The notes below the pieces were generated by a model. It saw only the letters and a list, made by a program, of their open reading frames with translations. It made no database searches and was not told the origin of the DNA. A stretch of 64,000 nt of DNA, taken from a virus (taxonomy: Duplodnaviria > Caudoviricetes). Shown one piece after another: positions 20,477 to 31,580 of this stretch. Positions within the stretch are counted from its first letter, which is position 1; every line of letters begins with the position of its first letter. The stretch is from the IMG/VR virus record IMGVR_UViG_3300029288_000065, positions 64,001 through 128,000 of that record; one strand, written 5' to 3'. A program made the translations under genes and the position numbers.

Positions 20477-20767
20477 ATGAAAAATATTGATTTAGCAGAC
20501 CCAAGTATTGATCCTGTGGAATTATTTGAAAGTTATAGATCATGGATGCGAGAGAATTATCATCAAAAATGGATTACCAATACATATTTGATTTATTTGT
20601 GGTTTTCAGAGAAGATGAAATGCGATCTTAAAAGTCCAGTTGAAGAGAATCAATGGCAAAGCGTACGTAGATTGTGCGCAGCTTGGGTAAAGATAGGGTT
20701 GATCCATAGGGAAACAGATTCAAGTAAATACTTGGAGTACTACAGATTCGAAATGGAGTTGCGATGA
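20477..20767 (+). CDS. Small protein of DLADP family
   Basis: MKNIDLADPSIDP...AWVKIGLI; true start inside track ORF 20213..20767. Confidence 0.6.
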   Translation: MKNIDLADPSIDPVELFESYRSWMRENYHQKWITNTYLIYLWFSEKMKCDLKSPVEENQWQSVRRLCAAWVKIGLIHRETDSSKYLEYYRFEMELR

Positions 20768-21384
20768 AAAAGTGGATTTTTGTCACAGGGACAACTCGTG
20801 GGAGTTTTACAGCGGTTGAACCAGATGGAGAGATCAGAGAAGTAATAGGACTCGATGTTAATTTGGGAATGGAAAGCGGGGAAAACGTCAAAGAAGCCGC
20901 ACAAAAACTTCTAAATAAGCTCGCAAGATCACATACCATACCGGAAGTCTTATATAAGAAGAATAAGATTATTGCATATGAAATATTGGACAATGGTGAT
21001 TTCGTAGACATAAAGAAAGATCTCTCAGAAGTAGACGTAGAGGAGGTACACAAAACAGAAGTAACATCAGTATATCAGAACGTAAAATGTAAATGGTGTG
21101 AGGAAGCTCTTCCCAAGAATGGTGCTGCTCAATTTTCACACCTGAAAAAACATCTAAAACAATTGGTAGTTGCTGGTTTGATGACTCAGGAAGTAATGAA
21201 CGCTGTTAATAGTCTTACCTTAAAGGGCGACGTGGTGGAAATCTTACAACGCGCAAAGGCCGCTGGACTCTTAAAGGCCGCTGTGGCTGCTTCACCTGGA
21301 TCGGAGCAGGGGCAGGGGCAGCAGAAACAGGAACAGAACCAGCAAAAACCTTTGCCAACTTCTGATCCAACTCCAAAAACCTAG
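20764..21384 (+). CDS. Protein with one C2H2-type zinc finger
   Basis: CKWCEEALPKNGAAQFSHLKKH. Confidence 0.6.
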   Translation: MKKWIFVTGTTRGSFTAVEPDGEIREVIGLDVNLGMESGENVKEAAQKLLNKLARSHTIPEVLYKKNKIIAYEILDNGDFVDIKKDLSEVDVEEVHKTEVTSVYQNVKCKWCEEALPKNGAAQFSHLKKHLKQLVVAGLMTQEVMNAVNSLTLKGDVVEILQRAKAAGLLKAAVAASPGSEQGQGQQKQEQNQQKPLPTSDPTPKT

Positions 21385-22276
21385 CTTCACAAGTAAATTC
21401 CTGTCCCTTGCCTTCCAAGAATTTACCGATTCTCTCAATATATCCTTGATATTCAGAATCTGGCATTTTCTCACAGAAATCAGCAACGGCCTTTGGATCA
21501 TAATTAAATTTCCTGATATCAATAAACAAATCTGGATCTATTATTTCATGAATATTACAACAACCGAGATAAATTGGAATCGAAGCTGATAGAAAACCGT
21601 GGAATATTTTCTCGGTCAGGTAATTCTTGGAATAAACAGGATCGTGGCTATTTTCCAAGGCCCAGACGAACTTGCAATCCGTCAATAAGATTCTGGCGTC
21701 GTTGAATTTTATTGGTGTACCTCTATGACCATTGACGTATTTTTCTCTTTGATAATTTGGATCATTTATATCCCACCCACCACCATAATACTTAAATGAT
21801 CTTCCTTTTAGAGCTTCTACAACTTTGGTTCTGTAATACCCCCAATCACTTGGGAATTTTGGTGCTGGTTTCTTACTCAGACACATACCAAACATATACT
21901 TTGCTTGTTTATTTTTTGATGTCTGGTCAAAAAGTTGTTTCTCATCCTTCCACCAAGTCATTATTTGATGGTGCATCGTTTTTGGTTGAGTACAGTAATT
22001 TGGATTGAAGTGGAATCTCATATCCCATCTTGAAGCGTTCAGGTTATAATTTGTATATTCTTGATCGAGGTATGTGAATGATTCAGCGTACCAAGTGGCT
22101 TTGCGAAATGGTCCCATTTGATGATTATAACCATTGGTTGTTAGGTATATGTCTTGTGGCATTGGTCTTGTGAGATGTCCGTTTATCCATTGGTGTTGTA
22201 ATGGAATATTTCTGATTCTGCTTAATTCAAATTCCGCTTCTAATTTTGACCAAGATGTCCATAGTACCCGTTTCAT
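21215..22276 (-). CDS. Alpha-1,3/4-fucosyltransferase-like (GT10)
   Basis: GT10 motif KFVWALENS...NYLTEKIFHGFLSASIPIYLG. Confidence 0.8.
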   Translation of the reverse strand: MKRVLWTSWSKLEAEFELSRIRNIPLQHQWINGHLTRPMPQDIYLTTNGYNHQMGPFRKATWYAESFTYLDQEYTNYNLNASRWDMRFHFNPNYCTQPKTMHHQIMTWWKDEKQLFDQTSKNKQAKYMFGMCLSKKPAPKFPSDWGYYRTKVVEALKGRSFKYYGGGWDINDPNYQREKYVNGHRGTPIKFNDARILLTDCKFVWALENSHDPVYSKNYLTEKIFHGFLSASIPIYLGCCNIHEIIDPDLFIDIRKFNYDPKAVADFCEKMPDSEYQGYIERIGKFLEGKGQEFTCEARFLELDQKLAKVFAGSVPVSAAPAPAPIQVKQPQRPLRVQRPLRVVRFPPRRPLR

Positions 22277-22363
22277 AAATATCTCCTTTGTTCTTTATAT
22301 ACGGTAACCTAATTTCTCTTTCTAATGTAGATAATCAAAAATATGGGGTAAGAGGAGATAAGT

Positions 22364-24109
22364 ATGCCCACGATCAACCCAGCACTCGTTCCAACCATAG
22401 CTCCTGGAAACATGTTTTCCAGATTCACAACGGATGACACTTTAAATATAAGGTGGTTAACAGCAGAAGATCCAGTGTTGTTCGAAGTATACAATCGCCC
22501 TTCTGCTGATATTGCACTCAGACAATTAATCATAGCCAAAGCAATTGATAATCTTGAACTCCGTCTTGGACACCTCACGATATTCCCATTCTTGATTCCA
22601 CCACTCCTAAATTATGGTTCTGGTGAAATAGATCTTCCATTGTCTTGGATATGGGATATGCACATTTCGATCCCATCCAAATGGGAATATCTGCGACTTG
22701 CCAAGATTAAGAGAATCAAAGGCGAAAATATTAGTCACACAGGAACAGTCGTAGGTGATTATACTGGTATCCTTAGGCTGATCTTTACCGCCCAAGCTGC
22801 AGGAGCTACTTCAGAAACATCTCTATTCTATTTGGACTTCCAAATCGATAGTGTCTATACCTATCAATTTGCCAAGGCTAATGTTGTCACCTCTTCAGAA
22901 GAAACAAATGCTATAGACCCAGGTGAAGCGGAAACGATTGGTGGATATGCGATTTTCAGAACCTTGGACCCAACTGATGTAGGAATTGCTGGTTTCTACA
23001 ATGCGGTTCCTCCGCCAGCCGTTCCAATACTAAACCCAGATGGTACTTTTGCAAATCCAACGATTTATTCGATGGTGGATACAAATGTCGGTGATTCACC
23101 CAGTTTCGCAAGTTTTGCACTAACGCATGGTACGGGTGTGTTAGTTGTCAGTGCATATAATTCAATTCCTGCAATGGATTCTAATTTTAATTCTTGGTTA
23201 ACAAGTAATAATTATCCATTTAGAATTGGTTCTACAAGAACTTCTCTACATGGAATTGAAATTCCTACTGCTTTATTTAGAGAATTTAACATCGTAGTCC
23301 CATCTCCAGATGAACCAGCTGATGATCTTTCCCTGATGAATAGCCCAGTTTGGGTTAGTTCAATCGAACGAATTGATACCTTGGCGAATGAACTTCGTGT
23401 TGTTTTCTCAACACATACTATTATCGATGCCAGTCCTGTAGTTGTTGAATTTGCATCAATGACACTTGAGAGAACGTTTATTGGTGGGAGAGTGGTACCA
23501 ATTACCCCATTGTCTAATCTTCTGAAAAATTCTTCTTCAGAAGCTGATAACTTCCTCCAAGGTTTTGGAACAGGTTATGCTGTATTGAGTAGTCTCTGGG
23601 GTGCTACAACGAATGAAGTTGAATCATTCTTTGATTCTTTCTTGGCTATTTTGGATGTTCCCCCAGTGACGTCATTTACCAAAGAATCAACCATTATTTC
23701 AAGTTATGCTACTTCAAGAGTTCCGAAATGGGTTCCAACACAAGGTATGTTTGGTGCTCTCTTTGGAACTACCGCCAGAAGGACTACTCCGATTTATCCG
23801 TCTGATGATAATCGGTATGTTACTGAGCAGGATCAAGGTTTGGGTGATCCTGTTGATTTCCGGACTTATCCTACATTCCCAGATGCACTCAGAGAGAATA
23901 CTGATATTGAACCGATTGGGTATGTTGGTGGCTTGGTTCATAAGTGTGTTTCTTTGATTGTTAGCTCAAATGGTACTGCACATACCTACGATACTGACAT
24001 TCTTCCACGTTTGAAGGTTCTTCTTGGAAGGGACCCAATTTTTGGTGATGAATGGTATGATGGTACGTATTGGAAGAAGTACAATGGTGATGCTTGGATG
24101 ACGATGTAA
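22364..24109 (+). CDS. Putative virion structural protein
   Basis: 581 aa; VYNRPxxD...LxN motif; C-terminal GDEWYDGTYWKKYNGDAW. Confidence 0.6.
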   Translation: MPTINPALVPTIAPGNMFSRFTTDDTLNIRWLTAEDPVLFEVYNRPSADIALRQLIIAKAIDNLELRLGHLTIFPFLIPPLLNYGSGEIDLPLSWIWDMHISIPSKWEYLRLAKIKRIKGENISHTGTVVGDYTGILRLIFTAQAAGATSETSLFYLDFQIDSVYTYQFAKANVVTSSEETNAIDPGEAETIGGYAIFRTLDPTDVGIAGFYNAVPPPAVPILNPDGTFANPTIYSMVDTNVGDSPSFASFALTHGTGVLVVSAYNSIPAMDSNFNSWLTSNNYPFRIGSTRTSLHGIEIPTALFREFNIVVPSPDEPADDLSLMNSPVWVSSIERIDTLANELRVVFSTHTIIDASPVVVEFASMTLERTFIGGRVVPITPLSNLLKNSSSEADNFLQGFGTGYAVLSSLWGATTNEVESFFDSFLAILDVPPVTSFTKESTIISSYATSRVPKWVPTQGMFGALFGTTARRTTPIYPSDDNRYVTEQDQGLGDPVDFRTYPTFPDALRENTDIEPIGYVGGLVHKCVSLIVSSNGTAHTYDTDILPRLKVLLGRDPIFGDEWYDGTYWKKYNGDAWMTM

Positions 24110-24125
24110 CTAGTATTTTAGGTTT

Positions 24126-25055
24126 ATGCGAATCGAAGGACGTCGAACTCTAGTAACAGGTGGTGCTGGATTCGTTGGATCATTTCTCTGCCCAATGCTT
24201 CGTACAAAAGATCTCTTCGTACCACGCCGGAGAGATTATGACCTAACAGAGATAAGCCAAGTACGAAAATTATTTGACGATACGAAACCAGAAATAGTGG
24301 TACACTTGGCAGCAGAGGTAGGCGGGATTGGTGCTAATCGTGCCAATCCAGGACGATTCTTTTTTGCTAACATGGCAATGGGTCTGAACCTTATTGAAGA
24401 GTCAAGAAAGCGTGGAGTTGAGAAGTTTGTACAAATCGGGACAATTTGTGCATATCCGAAGTTTACACCTGTTCCATTCTTGGAAGAAAATCTTTGGAAT
24501 GGATATCCAGAGGAGACAAATGCTCCATATGGGGTAGCAAAGAAAGCACTTTTGGTGATGCTCCAGGCTTATAGAGAGCAATATAATTTCAATGGGATAT
24601 ATCTTCTTCCTGTAAATCTTTATGGTCCTGGTGATAATTTCGATCCAAAAACCAGTCATGTAATTCCTGCGTTAATCAGGAAGTGTGTTGAGGCCAAAGA
24701 GTCTGGTGCGTCTGAAGTAAGGTGTTGGGGATCTGGTGAGGCTAGTCGTGAATTTTTGTACGTTTCTGATTGTGCAAACGCTATTCGGATGGCTCTTGAC
24801 ATCTATGATGGACCAGAGCCTGTAAATTTGGGTGTTGGTTTTGAAATTAAGATTAGAGACCTGGCTGAGAAGATAGCCAAGTTGACTGGTTTTACAGGGA
24901 AGTTGGTTTGGGATAGAGAGCAGCCTGACGGACAGCCAAGAAGGTGTCTTGATACTACACGGGCCAAGAAGCTTTTTGGTTTTAAGGCTCAGATTGATCT
25001 TGATGTTGGTTTAAACAGAACTATACAATGGTTTAGATCATGCCAGAGCCATTAG
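24126..25055 (+). CDS. fcl: GDP-L-fucose synthase
   Basis: [50 protein letters not shown]. Confidence 0.93.
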   Translation: MRIEGRRTLVTGGAGFVGSFLCPMLRTKDLFVPRRRDYDLTEISQVRKLFDDTKPEIVVHLAAEVGGIGANRANPGRFFFANMAMGLNLIEESRKRGVEKFVQIGTICAYPKFTPVPFLEENLWNGYPEETNAPYGVAKKALLVMLQAYREQYNFNGIYLLPVNLYGPGDNFDPKTSHVIPALIRKCVEAKESGASEVRCWGSGEASREFLYVSDCANAIRMALDIYDGPEPVNLGVGFEIKIRDLAEKIAKLTGFTGKLVWDREQPDGQPRRCLDTTRAKKLFGFKAQIDLDVGLNRTIQWFRSCQSH

Positions 25056-26182
25056 CTTCATTACTTCGTCCAAAGTCATTTGATCAAATTATTGGTCAGT
25101 CACACCTTATTGGTGTTGACAAACCGTTTCGTAAGATGATTGAAAATAAGCGATTAATGAGTTGTATCCTTTTTGGACCGAATGGGTGTGGAAAGTCTTC
25201 TTTGATGTCTGTAATTTCAAGCTTTTATAAGACATTCTCTTTTAATGCTACGACGTTCTCGACCAAAGAGCTAAGAAAGGTTATAGATTCTGAGGATATA
25301 TCTGTTGTACAGATTGATGAGTGTTACCGTCTTACTGCCACCCAGGCCGATGTACTTTTACCTCATATTGAGAATGGGAAGATTGTTTTTGTTGGGAGTA
25401 CGGTTGAGAATCCTTTCCATACTCTAAGAAGATCACTTTTATCAAGGTGTCAGATTTTTACTCTTGAGCCGTTGTCTGAGAAGGAATTGATGATGTTAAT
25501 TGTAAAGGGTGTTAAGCATTATCGAGAGAAACAGATTCTTATTATTGATTCTGATGCAGTGAAATATATGGCGCGTGTGTCTTGTGGTGATGGAAGGAAG
25601 GCTTTGTGCCTTCTGGAGATGGCCAAGGAGATTTCTGGTGATATATCTCTTGAGGCTGTCAAAACCATTGCGCCGTCCAAGTATGTTATTTATGATGAGG
25701 GTTTTAAGTATGATTATGCTTCTGCTTTCCAGGGAAGTATTCAACATAGTGATCCACATGCGGCTGTTTATTGGTTAGCGAAGTGGTTGGAATCTGGTGA
25801 GGACCCCAGATATATTGCCAGACGTTTGTTGGTTTCTGCTGCTGAGGATGCTGCTGGAAATCCTATTTGTACTGCTGTTGCTCATGCTGCTTATACTGCG
25901 GCTTGTGAGGTTGGTCGTCCTGAATGCGATATTGTGTTGTCTCAGGCTACTGTTTTGGTTGCTTCGTCAGTTAGGGATAAATCTGCTGCCATTGCTATTT
26001 GGTCTGCGTTGAAGGATGTTCGTGAGGGGGTTGATGTTCAGGTCCCTGTTTCAATGAAGGATTCACATTATCCTGGTGCTGAGAAGTTGGGTTTTGGGGC
26101 ATATCATGATGGGATGAATCAATCTGCATATGTTGGTGTGAACAAGAAATATTATTTTCCAAAGGGCACTGTTGACAAATGA
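25040..26182 (+). CDS. rarA: Replication-associated recombination protein A (MgsA/RarA AAA+ ATPase)
   Basis: PLASLLRP...[42 protein letters not shown]. Confidence 0.9.
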   Translation: MPEPLASLLRPKSFDQIIGQSHLIGVDKPFRKMIENKRLMSCILFGPNGCGKSSLMSVISSFYKTFSFNATTFSTKELRKVIDSEDISVVQIDECYRLTATQADVLLPHIENGKIVFVGSTVENPFHTLRRSLLSRCQIFTLEPLSEKELMMLIVKGVKHYREKQILIIDSDAVKYMARVSCGDGRKALCLLEMAKEISGDISLEAVKTIAPSKYVIYDEGFKYDYASAFQGSIQHSDPHAAVYWLAKWLESGEDPRYIARRLLVSAAEDAAGNPICTAVAHAAYTAACEVGRPECDIVLSQATVLVASSVRDKSAAIAIWSALKDVREGVDVQVPVSMKDSHYPGAEKLGFGAYHDGMNQSAYVGVNKKYYFPKGTVDK

Positions 26183-26270
26183 ATGTATTATAGCCAGTAT
26201 TTAGGTGTTTTGTGGTTTGTTTACATCGACTGCAATAACGGTTTTCTAGAGTATTATTCCTACTCCTCAT
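25995..26270 (-). CDS. Possible small zinc-ribbon protein
   Basis: CSRC...H...CQQC in the part mostly outside rarA; 3' part overlaps rarA. Confidence 0.35.
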   Translation of the reverse strand: MRSRNNTLENRYCSRCKQTTKHLNTGYNTFICQQCPLENNISCSHQHMQIDSSHHDMPQNPTSQHQDNVNPSLKQGPEHQPPHEHPSTQTK

Positions 26271-26329
26271 AATATAAATTTGGCTGATGATACATAAGCA
26301 AAGAAAATATATTTAGTAAGGAGTAGAAA

Positions 26330-29083
26330 ATGAGCGTCCTAAAAGCGCAGAATCATGAGGTGCGAAATAGTTTTCAAAAACGGTTGGATATATTATTGGA
26401 AGAAAATGAGGAATTTCTAAACGTAATTAGGAAGGAATTACCAACAAAAAAGGGGAAAATTACAGAAAGACCACCAACATCAATGCAAGGTATGTCAGTC
26501 CGTTATTATAATGGTATGAAATTTTTCGTGACACCACCTGAGAATAATTTATCTCTGGTTTACGGGAAAAATGGGCTTGCTGGATTCTTAATCAGTAATA
26601 GAGCAATAAAACAAGATTCTGGAAAATTTTCACCAGAAGGGTTAAACAAGGTTATTTTCCAAGCAGTTTATAACCCAGAAGAAATCCAAGCAGATAAGGA
26701 TAAAGCAAAAAATTTAATTATCAGGTTATGGAATAACCCACATGATAACCAAGCTGAAGAAGAACTTATGTCATTGGGTCTTGGTGCTTTCGATGTGATA
26801 AAACAGAAGCTTCGTGAATTGGTTGGGGTAGTTGATACTCCACCAACAGAACGAGAAGCCCCAAAGGCAAAGAAGGGTACTGTAGATCTCCCAACAGAAA
26901 TAGGAAGACCTCTTTGGGATATTCAGAAAAAGCTTAGATCTATCCCACCAGGCGAGAAGGAATCTGAAGAAGCAAAGAAAATTCTAAAAGAAAAAGAATT
27001 AAGCGATTTGATGGATAGATTCACAGCATCACCCACAAATAAGGACTTATTCAATCAGGTAATAAAAACAACTGTTGAGAGGGGCTTATTACCAGAAAAT
27101 AACGCAGCTGAATTACAACAACGTTATGATGCTTTCTTAAAGTCATTACCAGAAATTGAGGAGGAACCGAAGAGTGAAGCACCGAAACCAGAGAGAACGG
27201 TTTCGGGGATGCCACCAAAGAACGCAGCAACAATGTTGCGAAAATTATTCGCGAAAGAAGCTATTAATAAGAATGATGAATTACTGAAAAGCATTCTGAA
27301 GAGAGTTCAGAGTGCTTTTACTGGTTTAAGTGGTATTATGAAGATATATGAGAAGTTACTCGTTGGTACCGAATATGAAGGGGTTATTCAGAGGAAGAAA
27401 GCAGAATTTTTTGAAGCGTTGAAAAGTCATAAGTATGAACTTCAGAGATCACAAGCAGATCCAAGAATGGCTCAGGCAAGTAGAGCTACTTATGACGATA
27501 AAGTAGAGATGGAAACGAATCGATTAGCTACAGAAATCCTGGCTATCTTAAAAGAAGCTATTGAAAAACTATCATATTCACCAGATGAGGAAACAGCAAA
27601 TAAATTTTCAAATTTGAAACCTATATTATTGGATTTAACGATTCCATTAGGACGACTCTCTGCCGGTGTCCCAACGAAGACAATTGAATCTCCGAGTACT
27701 GAAGGATTACCAGAGGGACCAACTCCTGAGGCTCCATCACAGATTTCTACGTTCAATACCGATGAAGATATAAAGAAGTTGGTTGGTAGTGGTGTTCTAC
27801 CACAACAACTATTGGAATATACTCCTGAAGGTCGTCAGAAATATATTCTAGATCTGATTTCGTTTGAAAATCCTAATAGAAATGAATATATTGATAAGAT
27901 CCCAGGTAGTATTATTAATAGCATTATTGGTGGATCTTCGGATACAGATTTTAGGCCCTTTATCTTTGGTGCTGGCTGGGAAGATGACAGGCCCAAAGCC
28001 AAGGAAAAGAAAAAGAATATAGATGATTTAAATGTTGAGAAGTCGTTGGGTAAACCTTTTGAAACCGCAGGAGCAGAAACGCATAATTTGGAGGGATGGA
28101 TACAGATTTTCCAAGAAAGGGCTGGTGTTCCTTTTAGACTTGATTCTGGTATTCCAAAGGATGTACAAGCCAAAGAATTCCCATTGGTAATCAAGGGTAC
28201 TATAAAGCATGCTTTGGATGCTGCTTTAAAAGAAGTTGATCTAGCTTCTGTGATTCAAAAAGGTGCTGTCAATGTTGGTACCACGGGTAGAATTGCACAA
28301 ATTCAGGCTCGAGAACATCTACCAGCAGCTGATGATCCCTATATTGCCAAGTATACTCAAGGTTTGAAAGATCCACATAAATATATTGGATATATTATAA
28401 AATTTAGAAATCCAGTGAATCCAAATGAGTGGACACGTGTTTCACGAGGGATGGAGAATATTTGGAAGAATAAGATTAAGATTGCTCCAGATTATGAACG
28501 TGCATTCCTTCGTTTTCAGGATTTCAGAGATCCAGAAGAGGGGGATCCAAGCGGTAAGAGGAGTGTTGATGCGATTGTAGACAATATGAAGTCCACCAAG
28601 GGTGGTCTTGGTGGTTGGGAATTTGATGTTGTCCCAACTTCCGTTCCAAATCCTTTTTTGAAAACAAAACCTGGTGAACGTGTTGTGGCTACTGGTACAA
28701 CTGGGATTGAAAAACCATCGTTGGTAAAGACTACTGCACCAAAAAGGGAATTGTCTCCGATAAAGATGGTTGGTGGTGAGTTTGATTTGGGTGAACAACC
28801 TTCTTCTTTAAAGGCATTGGGTCTTCCTGGTAGTGAGCCAAAAGTTGAACCACCACCGGTTGTGTCTGCTGAACTTGGTTCAAGTCCTGGCAAATTATCT
28901 CCTACACCACCAATTAAACCTCCAAAGTCATCGTACAATCCGTATATGGTTCCTCCTGAATTGAAGGTGAAGAAGTTGCCGATGAAAGCTCCTACTCCTC
29001 CAATTCCTTCTGGATTACCAAAATTGGCATTACAAAGTCCTAAGAAAACAGAAAGTCCGTTAAAAGCAAGGAAGAAAGAATGA
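26330..29083 (+). CDS. Large charged protein, putative head-internal/ejection protein
   Basis: 917 aa; N-terminal FQKRLDILLEE; Pro/Lys-rich tail; AAATA motif and SD. Confidence 0.55.
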   Translation: MSVLKAQNHEVRNSFQKRLDILLEENEEFLNVIRKELPTKKGKITERPPTSMQGMSVRYYNGMKFFVTPPENNLSLVYGKNGLAGFLISNRAIKQDSGKFSPEGLNKVIFQAVYNPEEIQADKDKAKNLIIRLWNNPHDNQAEEELMSLGLGAFDVIKQKLRELVGVVDTPPTEREAPKAKKGTVDLPTEIGRPLWDIQKKLRSIPPGEKESEEAKKILKEKELSDLMDRFTASPTNKDLFNQVIKTTVERGLLPENNAAELQQRYDAFLKSLPEIEEEPKSEAPKPERTVSGMPPKNAATMLRKLFAKEAINKNDELLKSILKRVQSAFTGLSGIMKIYEKLLVGTEYEGVIQRKKAEFFEALKSHKYELQRSQADPRMAQASRATYDDKVEMETNRLATEILAILKEAIEKLSYSPDEETANKFSNLKPILLDLTIPLGRLSAGVPTKTIESPSTEGLPEGPTPEAPSQISTFNTDEDIKKLVGSGVLPQQLLEYTPEGRQKYILDLISFENPNRNEYIDKIPGSIINSIIGGSSDTDFRPFIFGAGWEDDRPKAKEKKKNIDDLNVEKSLGKPFETAGAETHNLEGWIQIFQERAGVPFRLDSGIPKDVQAKEFPLVIKGTIKHALDAALKEVDLASVIQKGAVNVGTTGRIAQIQAREHLPAADDPYIAKYTQGLKDPHKYIGYIIKFRNPVNPNEWTRVSRGMENIWKNKIKIAPDYERAFLRFQDFRDPEEGDPSGKRSVDAIVDNMKSTKGGLGGWEFDVVPTSVPNPFLKTKPGERVVATGTTGIEKPSLVKTTAPKRELSPIKMVGGEFDLGEQPSSLKALGLPGSEPKVEPPPVVSAELGSSPGKLSPTPPIKPPKSSYNPYMVPPELKVKKLPMKAPTPPIPSGLPKLALQSPKKTESPLKARKKE

Positions 29084-29107
29084 AATATATAAAAATTGGA
29101 GGAATAC

Positions 29108-31579
29108 ATGTTACCCGTTGAACCTTTTGATGGAATGATATTTATAGATCAATTCCAGATAAAGTGGATTTATAATTCTTCTCTAAATTGTTGGCAGCAT
29201 TCTGGAAAAGTTGATAATATTCCACCAGCCGATTCACAGACAACTGGATTACTCACAAAAGATAAAAAAACAATGATAGATGGTATTCCACCAAAAGGTG
29301 GTGGATATGCAATTATCACAAAACCTCTTCTTGGAAAATTTAGGTCAACGAGTAATCCTGATAGTGTACTTTTCGGATTTGTTGATATGAAGAGTGATAG
29401 TCTCGTTATTTCTTGTGTGGATGCCGAAGGAAATGTAATAACAAGAGAAAATTGTAGTACGCCACCACAGTTTAAAGAAACAGATACATTCCCACCTGGT
29501 TTTTCGTTTGACTTTTCAGCACCTTTTATTGATTCACTTTGTATAGAAATCCCAGGAGGACCAGGACCACGTGGTCTTCGGGGTGAACGCGGGAAAACAG
29601 GAAGTGATGGAACAGGCGATGGCCCACAAGGAGACACAGGAAAACCAGGAACAGATGCTGTTACGCATTGGATACTTTCTGGTGTGAAGATAATTGAGAC
29701 TGATGAAATTTTCGAGACCGCTGTTGTTGCTCTGGATCTAAAAGCTGGAGACGGAAAATTAATTGTAACAAAAGGAAAAGTAAAGCTTCCTTCTGATTCT
29801 GATACTCCTGTAGAAGAGTTTTTGGCATCAAGAATCCAAAGAACAATAAAATGGGGGAAATGTTTCTCATATACTCTGAATGCTACCCCCTGTGTCGCTT
29901 CTGATCCAAATTCAGCATCCTTTTCAGAATTTCTTGAAGAAGACCCCATTATAGCATTTTATCCAGAATCTTTTCTACCAGAAAATAAGGAAATAACAAA
30001 ATATCAACCTGTCAGAGCGAAGTTGAGCGATCTTATAAATGATATTATTACATTTTACAACACGAAACTTGGTGAGGCTTCTGAGAAATGGGATAAGCAG
30101 ATCGAGGATTTTATTGTTACTCAGGATAAGGCTGCTCGTGCTGTTCTCGATGACCTTGCAAATCAACTTGCAGCTTGTGAACAAAAGAATACAATGGAAT
30201 TTTGTTTGGGAATCAATAGAGATTGCTGCGATCAAAACATCGCTACTGTAAATGACCCAGCTTACACTACTATCCTTGAAGAATTGGGTTACGATCCGAA
30301 AACAGCGAAGACAACCAATTTGAGTCTAACTGAAATTTCTGCTAGTAGTTCTCCTGTATTCTCGTTTGATTCTCTACCTGCGTATGGGCTTCCTGGTGAT
30401 TTAAGTGGTGGTTTGGTTGTTGATTCTTCTTGTACTCCATCTGATGGGGTTGGTTGTTGGTGTCAATTTAAAAATGGTTCATTATCATTTGTTCCTTCAG
30501 GAACGTTTATTCCAAGAGATACTATTATATATAATGGTCCTTGGGGATGTGGTATACTACCGCCGAAGATTAGATTGGTTACTACACCTGATGCAGCCAA
30601 TCCGACACAGATTGCGATTCTTGCTGATTTACAAGCGCAGATGGATGCCACTGGTGCTTCACCATCAGAGATAATTCGATTACAACAGGAAATAAACAAG
30701 ATTTTGGATGGCTTCCCTGGTGTAAACACATATTCTCATTATCTCCAGAATTGGATTAATGCATTTAGCACAAATCTAGAAAATGGTTATTTGGCTTATA
30801 ATAAAACACAGATATTGTATACAGGCGGTGGTCCGGAATTCCCAATTGGTACGTTTGCATTCTCTTATATATCTGGTGCATTTTCGCAAGCAATTCTTAA
30901 TGATGCAAATAGATGGGGATATCAACCACAAGATGATGTGTTTATTCATGGGCCTTTCCAGAAATATTGGGTTGGAAATGAGGGTGGGAGTACTGGACGA
31001 GGACCTTTCTTTATCCTCAATCCTTATAATAGGTCAATTCGCATGTTGTATAATTCGAAGATGGTTACTGATGAGATAGGTTTGGAGATTGGTTTTGCAC
31101 CTATAGGTTATGCAGATCAAACTCCTGGTGATTATTTCTCTACTTATGCATATAATGGAAACGCCCAGTATCAACCATTCGAAACTCCTGTTAAAAATGT
31201 TGCAACAACAAAAATGGATGCTGCTGTTATTGCCATGGAAAATAATATTACTTGGTACCCATTCCCAACTATCGGTGGTGCAAAGGATGATCCTGGCCAT
31301 ATAGAATATGCTTATGGGCAAAAATCGCTTTCAGAAAAATCTGTAGTAGTAACTACTACGACACCTGGATACTTTTTTGCTAGAGTTAAATTGGCATATA
31401 GCGCTACAAATTTCTTTGGTTCTTTGATGATGCCTCCGAATGATCTTTATAATACAAAGGAATTTACTACGAATAGGGTGTTAGTTTATGAGGAAGGGAG
31501 ATTTACTGCTCCTACATTTGTGTCAGAGCCTGTTGCAATTGGATCCGTAAAAATACAGGCATTACGGATAGAGGCATAA
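29108..31579 (+). CDS. Collagen-repeat tail fibre/spike protein
   Basis: GPRGLRGERGKTG...GPQGDTGKPG; PxDGMIF..W N-domain; coiled coil and Cys clusters. Confidence 0.7.
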   Translation: MLPVEPFDGMIFIDQFQIKWIYNSSLNCWQHSGKVDNIPPADSQTTGLLTKDKKTMIDGIPPKGGGYAIITKPLLGKFRSTSNPDSVLFGFVDMKSDSLVISCVDAEGNVITRENCSTPPQFKETDTFPPGFSFDFSAPFIDSLCIEIPGGPGPRGLRGERGKTGSDGTGDGPQGDTGKPGTDAVTHWILSGVKIIETDEIFETAVVALDLKAGDGKLIVTKGKVKLPSDSDTPVEEFLASRIQRTIKWGKCFSYTLNATPCVASDPNSASFSEFLEEDPIIAFYPESFLPENKEITKYQPVRAKLSDLINDIITFYNTKLGEASEKWDKQIEDFIVTQDKAARAVLDDLANQLAACEQKNTMEFCLGINRDCCDQNIATVNDPAYTTILEELGYDPKTAKTTNLSLTEISASSSPVFSFDSLPAYGLPGDLSGGLVVDSSCTPSDGVGCWCQFKNGSLSFVPSGTFIPRDTIIYNGPWGCGILPPKIRLVTTPDAANPTQIAILADLQAQMDATGASPSEIIRLQQEINKILDGFPGVNTYSHYLQNWINAFSTNLENGYLAYNKTQILYTGGGPEFPIGTFAFSYISGAFSQAILNDANRWGYQPQDDVFIHGPFQKYWVGNEGGSTGRGPFFILNPYNRSIRMLYNSKMVTDEIGLEIGFAPIGYADQTPGDYFSTYAYNGNAQYQPFETPVKNVATTKMDAAVIAMENNITWYPFPTIGGAKDDPGHIEYAYGQKSLSEKSVVVTTTTPGYFFARVKLAYSATNFFGSLMMPPNDLYNTKEFTTNRVLVYEEGRFTAPTFVSEPVAIGSVKIQALRIEA

Positions 31580-31580
31580 A

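Noticed and set aside
29170-29949. Long antisense ORFs (also 28516..29109, 51237..51917, 5336..5728)
   Set aside because: Shadows of well-supported genes with Ser/Pro/Gly-biased translations and no motifs
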